Shown here: positions 32,724 through 40,667 of the stretch, one piece after another
How positions within the stretch are numbered: the stretch's first letter is position 1
How the letters are laid out: every line of letters begins with the position of its first letter
Source: Chloropicon primus
Lineage: Eukaryota
Reading direction: 5' to 3'
NCBI GenBank assembly: GCA_023205875.1
Contig: CP060754.1
Location: 1,612,001-1,676,000 of the forward strand
DNA: 64,000 nt
Translations under genes and position numbers: made by a program
Notes under the pieces: generated by a model
What the model saw: the letters and a program-made list of their open reading frames with translations, nothing else
The model's database searches: none
What the model was told of the DNA's origin: nothing

Positions 32724-33290
32724 TTATTTGACCCTCAAGGCCCGGAGCCTGCCCACGAGGGAGTTTCGCCGCTTGGGATGACTCTCCTCGACTTTGGGCT
32801 CCTTCCGGCGCTGCGGATAGCCCGCCGCTTCGAGGTAACGGCACAGCTGATCGGTCAGCCCCTGCTTGTGCCTCTGCCAGAAGTTCACGACCTCGCCAGG
32901 GAGCCACGCGGGCAAGGGGTGGCCACCGGCGGGCACCACGTCGACCTCCCCCTCGTCCTCGCCCTCGTCCTCCTCCACCGAGATCACCCCGATTTGAAAG
33001 TCGGCCAGCTGCTTCCACGCCGTGAGCGAGTGCGTGTACTCGAACTCCTCGGTGGTGTCTTTGCCCAAGTTTCGAGTGATGGCCAGCGCGGTTGAGACTT
33101 GCCCCGCGTTGTCGAAACCAGGGTGGGTGATCGCAAAATTCGTGATGTCGTACACCCTGTCGTAGATAATGACCCACCCGTCCTCCAGAGTGTTGTGCTT
33201 TTGCACCTCGCTCTTTGTGAACTTGGGCCAAAGCGACCTCTCCTCGACTGAGGGTCCCCCTCGATGCTTCACCCTCCTGATGGCAGGCAT
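32724..33290 (-). CDS. Cytochrome b5-like heme-binding domain protein
   Basis: FTKSEVQKHNTLEDGWVIIYDRVYDITNFAITHPG...GKDTTEEFEYTHS...FQIG. Confidence 0.9.
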   Translation of the reverse strand: MPAIRRVKHRGGPSVEERSLWPKFTKSEVQKHNTLEDGWVIIYDRVYDITNFAITHPGFDNAGQVSTALAITRNLGKDTTEEFEYTHSLTAWKQLADFQIGVISVEEDEGEDEGEVDVVPAGGHPLPAWLPGEVVNFWQRHKQGLTDQLCRYLEAAGYPQRRKEPKVEESHPKRRNSLVGRLRALRVK

Positions 33291-33451
33291 GACACAACCC
33301 CCCCCCAATCAATCGACACAAACACACACAAACACACGACGGCGCGAGAGCCTGGAGTGAAAAAGAAAAAAGAAAAAAAATCGCCGCACGGCACCAAGTC
33401 TCCGACCCCTCTGTTGCGGCAATCAATCCATCAAACGCGCGCGATGTGGTG

Positions 33452-33785
33452 CCTCTCCCTCTCTTGTATCAATAACGCTCGAGCATGGCTTCCCAGCCTC
33501 ACAATCTGTACACCTAAACCTGCACAGTTTACATTGGTTGTTGGGTAATATAATTCTGACAGCTTCATCATCTGTCTGTTCGGTTCCCTTGCGCGCAGTG
33601 GTTGGCATTGGGTGGACAGGGTCTCGATACGTACCCTGGAACCGAATCGCGGGTCGCTTTCCATTCGTCGGAGACCCACGCTTCCACCCACGGGAGGTGC
33701 CTTTGAAAAGAACTGCGAGACCAGTCGACGAGGACATCGTATCACAGCTGTGGGTGCCAAGGTGGTCCCAAGGTGAGAGGGAAGG
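33452..33785 (+). ncRNA. Structured non-coding RNA, candidate telomerase RNA (template ACCTAAACCT, predicting TTTAGG repeats)
   Basis: Seven mutually nested helices found by eye. A 10-nt telomere-type template at 33512-33521 is preceded by a small hairpin and followed by a possible H-type pseudoknot (33527-33555). See findings. Confidence 0.4.
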
Positions 33786-33793
33786 AAGACGTC

Positions 33794-36700
33794 ATGGGGA
33801 ACAAGGCGAGGCCTCCTCCCCCGCCCAAGGGCAAGAAAAAACCACCACCACCGCCCCCCAAGGGAAGGAAGAGCGTGTCCAAGGAGGCACCACCACCGTC
33901 ACAACCGGAAGAGAGGACGCGGAAGAAGAGCGTCGTGAAAGGGAGCCAAGGGAAGGCCAACGGCCACCAGCACCACGTTCCGGTGAAATCTGTTCAGGTG
34001 CACGACTTTGGGAACGGGGAGTCCCCGCCGGACGACCTCATCAAGCTGAACAAGCTGGAAGAGGGGTTCATCGTGGGCAGTCTGAGGGAGAGGTACAACA
34101 GGGACGTCATATACACTTACGTCGGCACGGTGCTGATCTCTGTGAACCCGTACCACGTGATAGATGACCTTTACACGCCCTCGACGATGGATTCGTACGC
34201 GAGCGTGCCGCAGGAGAACGTCCACGACGACCTCCCCCCACACATCTTCGCCATAGCGAGCGGAGCGTACCACGGCCTCATGTCGTCCTGGAGGAACCAG
34301 GCCATCCTGATCAGCGGGGAGTCCGGAGCGGGCAAGACGGAAGCCTGCAAGCTCGTGCTCGAGTACCTGATGGAAATGAGCGCGAGGGCACCGAAAGCCA
34401 AGGAGGACGGCCCGGGGGGCGCATCATCGGGGGCGGCCGAGGAGGAATACGGGTACGGACTCGATCGGCTGGAAAACCAGTGCATGCAAGCCCAGACCAT
34501 CTTCGAGTCCTTTGGCAACGCAAAGACCGTTCGCAACAACAACTCGTCGAGGTTCGGCAAGTGGATAGAGGTCCTCTTCGGCAACTCGGGCCACATCAGC
34601 GGGGCCCACATCAAGACCTACCTTCTGGAGAAATCGAGGCTCACCAAAGTGGACACCGGGGAGAGGAACTACCACGTGTTCTACCAGATGCTGGCGTACC
34701 TGAACAGTCCCCAGGGCGCGGGGGACGAGAGGATGTCGAGGTTCAAGCTCCAGAAGACGACCTGGAAGTCGTTCTCTTACCTCAGCTCGTCGAAGGGTGG
34801 GCAAGAGGGCGGCGGGCACAAGGAGCTAGCGTTCGTGGACTCGGACAACTTTGACAAGCTCATCACCTCGCTGAACATCTTCGGGCTGAACAGCGAGGCC
34901 ATAGACACGATCATGCAGCTTTTGGCGGCCATCTTGCACCTCGGGAACATAAAGTTCGCGAACAAGAGGATTCAGAACGAGAGCAGCGACGTTCAGGGCT
35001 CGGTGGCCGCCCCCCCCCCTCCTGGGAGGAGGACGGAGTCCCCCCTGTCCAACGCGGCGGAGCTTATGGGGGTTCCGCCCGAGGCGTTGGAGAGGGCCAT
35101 GTGCTACAGCAGCGTGACGGCGGGCAGGGACGTGATAGAGAAGCCGAACACGGTGGAGGAGTCCTACCGGTCCAGAGATGCGCTTGCGAAGGGCGTTTAC
35201 GAGGGCTTGTTCAAGTGGATTGGATCGCACATCAACAGGGTGATGAAGCTGCAGTCCCAGGCAGGGGACTCCGACGTCACTTCCAACAAGGTCATAGGTA
35301 TTCTGGACATCTTTGGGTTCGAGAGCTTGCAGACCAACAGCTTTGAGCAGATTTGCATCAATTACTGCAACGAGAAGCTTCACTTTCATTTCAACGAAGA
35401 GTGCTTCAGGATCGAGCAGCAGGAGTACATCGCGGAGGGAGTGTCCGTGGAGAATGTGCCGTACATCGACAACGCGGAGTGCATCGACATGTTTGAGGCG
35501 AGTGGCAAGGCGGGATCGCCTGGAATCTTCGCCTTGATCGACACAGAAGTACATGCTCCGGGAGGAAGCGAGGTGAAGCTGCTGGAAAACATGTATGGCC
35601 TCCTGAAGGACAAGGAGAACCTGACGAAGCCCCACCCGAGAGAGGGCGATTCCAGGCAGTGCTTCAAGGTCATCCACTACGCTGGTACTGTCGTGTACAA
35701 CTCGGCTGGGCTCCTGGAGAAGAGCAGGGACACGATTCACCCGGACATCAGGAAGATGATCAAAGGAAGCTCCTCGAGCTTGGTGAGGGACATCGCAGAA
35801 ATTATTGGTGCGGACAGGTCCTCAAAGACGCCCGGCAAGTCGAACAAGGCGACTTTGGGAACACAGTTCTGCAAGCAACTCAGCTCGCTGATGGGAACGG
35901 TGAACGAAGCAAGTCCCCATTTTGTCAAGTGCATGAAGCCGAACGACAAGTCTTCGCAAAAGCTGTTCATGGTGGAGAATGTGATCGAGCAGCTGAGGTG
36001 CGCTGGCATCCTTTCCCTGTGCCAGCTGAGGAAGGTCGGGTTTTGCGAAAGGATCACGTTCTCTGAATTTGTCTCCAAGTACTCGTGCTTGAGCGGGAAG
36101 CAGTCCAACAGCTCGAAGGATATCGAGGAGGTCATCGAGAGACTGTCCAGCAAGTCGCTGCTGCATGGCGACGGCTGGGTGAAAGGCCACACCAAGATTA
36201 TGCTCAAGACAGGGCAGCACAACACCTTGGAGAAAGCGCTGCTTGTCGTAAAACGGAAAGCTGTGGCGAAGATAGAGAAGCAAGTCCGAGTTTCGCTCTT
36301 CAGGAAAAGGTTTTCTGAGGCCATGGCGGTGAAGAACAACCTCAAAGCGGCCATGGGGAGAGAAAATCTCTCTGAGATCAAAGCGTGCATGGATGCTCTA
36401 GAGGACAGGCTCCCTGGCATCTTCAGCAGCCTGCCAGTCTACTCAAAGGCGAAGAATCTGACCCAGCGCCTGAACCGCGAGATGGAAGCCATAAGCCTTC
36501 TGAAGAAGGCCATCGATTCCAGGCACGTCCAAACGCTCAAGAGCGCGCTGAAAACGTCGCTGGAGCTCGGCTACAAGAAGGATGCGTACGTGGAGGCCCA
36601 AGCACTCCTTGAGACGATTGCCAGGGAAAGTGCCCTTGAAAGCCTGCAGACCGCGATGCAATCGAAGAAGAAGGCGGACCTCAAGAAAGCCCTCAAGCAG

Positions 36701-38155
36701 GCCAAATCCGCGGGTCTGAGTGACGACGAGAATGTGAAACGCGCAGAGCTGCTGCTTCAGGAATTGGGCAAGCCTAAGGCGAAGGCAAAGCCAGCGGAGC
36801 CAGCAGCGACAGCAGGGAAGGTGAGCTCAAGTCTCCTCGACGCGATGCATGAAGTGGAGAATGAGGGGCAGCCGAAAGTTCAGGACGATGCTGAAGAGAC
36901 TGAAGAGAAGGAAGCGAAAGAGGCCTCTGCCGGTGATGGGGAGGCTGACCTGCTGACCCAATTTGGCCTGGGGGCCGACAAGAAGGAGGGCTATGGGGAG
37001 GAATCAGAGGTCTTGGCAGATTTCGGAATGGTGTTGTCGCCCAAAGGACAGGCTTCCGGCGAAGGAGAGAAGAGCGCAGAAAACCTCGGGAAGGAGTTCA
37101 GCGCCCTTGGCCTCTCCAGATTACCAAGCACGGAGTTGTGGCGCACTGTTGTTGGAGTGGCAGACATTCTGTCGGCCAAGCTGAACACGAACTCCATGAT
37201 CATGCCCAAGGAGGCTGCTTTCTTCAGGTCGTGCGTTGCAGCTGCAGAGGCGGAGACTACTCTGTCAGATGATCAGGGCACCCAGCTCACGGAGATCAAA
37301 GAGCTCTGCGCCCGGGTGTCGGAGACGTCTGAGTGCAACGAGAACCTGAAGAACGCGGTGTACACGAAGAACCTGGATAAATTGATCGACGCGCTGGAGA
37401 CCGTGGAGAGCCTCGGCATGGAGAGCCCTTACATTGAGCAGGCCAAGACCCTTCAGCAGGACCTGCAGAGGCAAGAGATGGAGAAGAGCAGCACGTCCGC
37501 CCCCTCTGAGTCGCAGATTATAGACATAGCGAAGAGCAGCAGGTGGAGGTTCGACAAGTTTGTCAAGCTGAGGTCAAGGGACGACTTTGTGAGAGGCAAG
37601 TGGAGGGGAAGGAAGAGGCTGATGGGCCTGATGCTGCAGCACCAGAGGGAGAACTTGCCGAACTCCTTGACGTGCCAGTCGACCTCTTTCCCCAACTTGA
37701 ACAGGATCGCGACGAGCTCCTTCAAGTGCCTCCTGGGGGCGACTGGGGTGAAGAAGACGACCTTCCCGGCCGGGCACGCGCACGAGCTTCTCAAGACGGG
37801 GCTGAAGCACGAAGCTCTCAGGGACGAGATCCTGATCCAGCAGATCAAGCAGATTCACAACAACCAGGACCCAAAGTCGACCTACACGGGCTGGCTCCTG
37901 CTGTGCATCTGGATAAGCCTGTTCTGCCCCTCCATCGAATTTGAGCTGCACTTGATCAACTTTTTGATCTTCTTCCGGGAGCACGGCGTGTACGGCATGT
38001 ACGCCAAGTACTGCCTGGCGGTGCTGCAAAAGCAGTTTCAGGTGGAAGAAGTCGAACTCAAGAAGATTGCGAAGAAGATAGCCTTGCCCTCGGTGGACCA
38101 GCTCTCCTCGGTCTTGCAGGGAAAGAGCACTCCGTTCATCAAGAAATTGGATTAA
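33794..38155 (+). CDS. Unconventional myosin with helical tail and C-terminal MyTH4 domain
   Basis: ISVNPY, P-loop GESGAGKTE, NNNSSRFGK, YLLEKSR, ERNYHVFYQ, LDIFGFE, PHFVKCMKPN; MyTH4 LRDEILIQQIKQIHNN...GWLLLCI...FCPS. Confidence 0.93.
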   Translation: MGNKARPPPPPKGKKKPPPPPPKGRKSVSKEAPPPSQPEERTRKKSVVKGSQGKANGHQHHVPVKSVQVHDFGNGESPPDDLIKLNKLEEGFIVGSLRERYNRDVIYTYVGTVLISVNPYHVIDDLYTPSTMDSYASVPQENVHDDLPPHIFAIASGAYHGLMSSWRNQAILISGESGAGKTEACKLVLEYLMEMSARAPKAKEDGPGGASSGAAEEEYGYGLDRLENQCMQAQTIFESFGNAKTVRNNNSSRFGKWIEVLFGNSGHISGAHIKTYLLEKSRLTKVDTGERNYHVFYQMLAYLNSPQGAGDERMSRFKLQKTTWKSFSYLSSSKGGQEGGGHKELAFVDSDNFDKLITSLNIFGLNSEAIDTIMQLLAAILHLGNIKFANKRIQNESSDVQGSVAAPPPPGRRTESPLSNAAELMGVPPEALERAMCYSSVTAGRDVIEKPNTVEESYRSRDALAKGVYEGLFKWIGSHINRVMKLQSQAGDSDVTSNKVIGILDIFGFESLQTNSFEQICINYCNEKLHFHFNEECFRIEQQEYIAEGVSVENVPYIDNAECIDMFEASGKAGSPGIFALIDTEVHAPGGSEVKLLENMYGLLKDKENLTKPHPREGDSRQCFKVIHYAGTVVYNSAGLLEKSRDTIHPDIRKMIKGSSSSLVRDIAEIIGADRSSKTPGKSNKATLGTQFCKQLSSLMGTVNEASPHFVKCMKPNDKSSQKLFMVENVIEQLRCAGILSLCQLRKVGFCERITFSEFVSKYSCLSGKQSNSSKDIEEVIERLSSKSLLHGDGWVKGHTKIMLKTGQHNTLEKALLVVKRKAVAKIEKQVRVSLFRKRFSEAMAVKNNLKAAMGRENLSEIKACMDALEDRLPGIFSSLPVYSKAKNLTQRLNREMEAISLLKKAIDSRHVQTLKSALKTSLELGYKKDAYVEAQALLETIARESALESLQTAMQSKKKADLKKALKQAKSAGLSDDENVKRAELLLQELGKPKAKAKPAEPAATAGKVSSSLLDAMHEVENEGQPKVQDDAEETEEKEAKEASAGDGEADLLTQFGLGADKKEGYGEESEVLADFGMVLSPKGQASGEGEKSAENLGKEFSALGLSRLPSTELWRTVVGVADILSAKLNTNSMIMPKEAAFFRSCVAAAEAETTLSDDQGTQLTEIKELCARVSETSECNENLKNAVYTKNLDKLIDALETVESLGMESPYIEQAKTLQQDLQRQEMEKSSTSAPSESQIIDIAKSSRWRFDKFVKLRSRDDFVRGKWRGRKRLMGLMLQHQRENLPNSLTCQSTSFPNLNRIATSSFKCLLGATGVKKTTFPAGHAHELLKTGLKHEALRDEILIQQIKQIHNNQDPKSTYTGWLLLCIWISLFCPSIEFELHLINFLIFFREHGVYGMYAKYCLAVLQKQFQVEEVELKKIAKKIALPSVDQLSSVLQGKSTPFIKKLD

Positions 38156-38207
38156 CGGCTCTAATTCGTTGTTGTTAGCATAATCAACCGTGTTTTCCAC
38201 GACGCGA

Positions 38208-39698
38208 TCAGTCTTCGCTTTCGCACAGCCATGCTGGCAGCCCAGCCCTGTTCTCTCTCAGGGACTCGACCATCACTTGATCCGTGAGACTAAAAGCGTG
38301 CATGGCCGGCCAAGTCTGCGTGGTGGAAACGGACACCATTTGGTTCAGAACGGCGTCCGCGTCCCCCGCGGAGGACCTGTCGTGGAGCAGCGTCCCAGAT
38401 CCCACCTCGAATTCGTACTCCTTCACGACGACGCCGCTGCTGTTCTCAACTTCATCGACGCCGTTGATCTCCCCAACAAGTCTTTCTGTTTGCAATTGGC
38501 TCACGAACCTCGCACCCGTGCTCGTGGGCGATGCTTCGCCAAAGCGGTGGGCGGGAAGAGTTCTGCCGAAGAGATCCCCGAATTCCTTGACGGCTTCCAC
38601 GGCGTCCCTGTCTCGCTTTCGCAAAGTCACGGAACTCTGCCGCCACATGACCGCAGGTCTCGTTGCTGCGTACGCCTTTGCTGACGCAGGCCGAGCCTTT
38701 CCCGCTGGGGCTCTGATCACCAAGAAAGAATCTCCCTCCTCGAAGGCCTCCCTCAGTGCCTCGACGACAAGGTGTCTTCGATCCCGCTCCACGCCAGGGC
38801 GCGACGTGATGGCCGATGGAACGGCGATGTCCTCTCCCAAGCTCCAACAATCTCCAAGACTGAAGTCCAACCCCACGAACCCCCCCTCGCCCGCTCGCAT
38901 GAAATCTGCTGGCAGGCTGCTCGTGCCCAAGCTTGACCACCGACCTCTCGTGGGGAAGGGGAAGTGCTGTCTCGGGGAGTTTGTCGCCCTCGCAAGGTGC
39001 CCCCCCCGCGCCTTCGACTTGAGGACGTTCGCGAAGACGTGTCCGAGAACGTCGGTCAACGCCATCACCGCCAGATCGAGAGGAGCGTCATCGATGGACG
39101 AGGGTATGGAGACCGCGACTGTCGGCACGCCGTTGATGGCCGCGCGGCGTGCGACTTCCACTGTCGTGTCGTCGTGGAGAAACCCCTTCTCACGATTGAT
39201 GCCCACGACCGCAAGCGCGAGGTTGATCCCTTCCTGCTTAAAAAGTCCCTCCTCGGGATCCGTTGCCACCGCTATCGCGCTCAAGGGATCGCTTCCGGAG
39301 CACGACCAGTAGGTCTCCGGGTGTTCCGCCCGCGCCCTTCTCGAGAACGAGACGGCTGACCCGGAGAATCCAGGCGTGCCCCCGCTTCTTCCGTATGCGA
39401 TCGCCTCCACCGCGCACCCCTCGCAACCTTCCAGATTCCGCACCGCGTCCACCGCGGCGAAGAGACGCCTGTTGTCCAACCCATCGCACTCCGCTGCCAC
39501 GACGATGCCCGTTCTCGCCGCACCAGTCGATGCCGAGGACGAGGCCCTCAACAACAACGAACTCCCCCGTGTCGCGGCGTTTCCCCCGAGAGAGTGTTCC
39601 TGCAAGAAGGAGGAGCTCCCTCCCTTTCGACAGGGCCTTCGATCACTGAACGTGCGCATGCGCATCGTATGGACGACCCGGTTAGACGCCATGGCCAT
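38208..39698 (-). CDS. SurE-like nucleotidase fold protein, divergent, probably organelle-targeted
   Basis: Order of elements matches SurE (IVVAAECDGLD, CSGSDP, VVGIN, TVEVARRAAINGVPTVAVS, DADAVLNQMVSVS), but the catalytic motifs are altered. Confidence 0.6.
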   Translation of the reverse strand: MAMASNRVVHTMRMRTFSDRRPCRKGGSSSFLQEHSLGGNAATRGSSLLLRASSSASTGAARTGIVVAAECDGLDNRRLFAAVDAVRNLEGCEGCAVEAIAYGRSGGTPGFSGSAVSFSRRARAEHPETYWSCSGSDPLSAIAVATDPEEGLFKQEGINLALAVVGINREKGFLHDDTTVEVARRAAINGVPTVAVSIPSSIDDAPLDLAVMALTDVLGHVFANVLKSKARGGHLARATNSPRQHFPFPTRGRWSSLGTSSLPADFMRAGEGGFVGLDFSLGDCWSLGEDIAVPSAITSRPGVERDRRHLVVEALREAFEEGDSFLVIRAPAGKARPASAKAYAATRPAVMWRQSSVTLRKRDRDAVEAVKEFGDLFGRTLPAHRFGEASPTSTGARFVSQLQTERLVGEINGVDEVENSSGVVVKEYEFEVGSGTLLHDRSSAGDADAVLNQMVSVSTTQTWPAMHAFSLTDQVMVESLRENRAGLPAWLCESED

Positions 39699-39760
39699 CG
39701 CCTCGCCCTCACCACATGTGCAGACTAAACTTGTCCGTGGGATCACATGCTTCGTTCGTC

Positions 39761-39792
39761 GGGTTTTAGGGTTTTAGGTTTTAGGTTTTAGG
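39761..39792 (+). repeat. Interstitial telomere-like repeat GGG TTTTAGGG (TTTTAGG)3 in a bidirectional promoter
   Basis: Direct read gggttttagggttttaggttttaggttttagg between the divergent SurE-like and bL19 genes. Confidence 0.85.
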
Positions 39793-39874
39793 AAATTGCC
39801 GGCGCGAGAGGGACTCGTGGCGTCGGGGACGAGGAAGGGTAAGGGTCGTCGGTGTGCTTGGTTGAGGAGCGAGG

Positions 39875-40570
39875 ATGAGAACGGGTGTGGTGAGGGAAGC
39901 GATGAGGAGGTTGGCTGCGGTGGCATCTTTACCTTTACCTTCGCCGTCGACCTCGAGCTGCGTCGTGGGAGAGGTTGGGTTGACGGGTCAACAAAACCAA
40001 CAAACGACGACGCAAATGTGGAGGTTGGGTTCGAGTTGGCTTCGCACGATAAAGACGCAGAGCGGCCAAGGGAGGGGGAAGGAGAAGGGTCCGACGATTC
40101 CCTTGTACGCGCTGGAGCCCCGGAAGGAGGTCTCCGACCTTTCCAAGTACATGAGTCACGACGTGAAGGACAAGCCTTGGACACCGAGTTCCCAGAGGGT
40201 GAAGAGGAAGAGGCAGTCCAAGACGGCAAAGTACATGGTGGACTTGATAGAGCGGGAGCAGGTGGCCAAGGCGGAGGAGAGGATGCCGGTGCCCGACTTC
40301 AAAGCCGGGGACGTGCTGGAGGTGACCACCCTCGTTCCGGAGAACCACGGGAAGACGGCGAGGTACAGGGGGATCTGCATCGCGAGGAGGAACAGGGGAA
40401 TGGGCTCGAGCTTCATCATAAGGAACGTCATCAAGGACTCGCCCTTCGAGCTGCAGTTCCCAACGCACTCGCCCCTGATTCAAAGCATCAAAGTGACCGA
40501 GAAGGGGAAGGCGAAGAGGAGCAAGTTGTACACGCTTCGCAACATGCCTGCAAAGTACAGCAGAGTTTGA
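39875..40570 (+). CDS. Organellar (probably mitochondrial) ribosomal protein L19 (bL19)
   Basis: VPDFKAGDVLEV, YRGICIARRNRGMGSSFIIRNV, FPTHSPLIQSIKV, KRSKLYTLR; presequence-like N-terminus. Confidence 0.9.
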   Translation: MRTGVVREAMRRLAAVASLPLPSPSTSSCVVGEVGLTGQQNQQTTTQMWRLGSSWLRTIKTQSGQGRGKEKGPTIPLYALEPRKEVSDLSKYMSHDVKDKPWTPSSQRVKRKRQSKTAKYMVDLIEREQVAKAEERMPVPDFKAGDVLEVTTLVPENHGKTARYRGICIARRNRGMGSSFIIRNVIKDSPFELQFPTHSPLIQSIKVTEKGKAKRSKLYTLRNMPAKYSRV

Positions 40571-40667
40571 ATATTTATTTGGGGTCTCGTATAGTAAAGC
40601 AAGTAAGATTTCCAAACGGCACCTGGTTTGCCTCTTATCCTTTACGCGTTTGAAAAGAATCGTGGGG

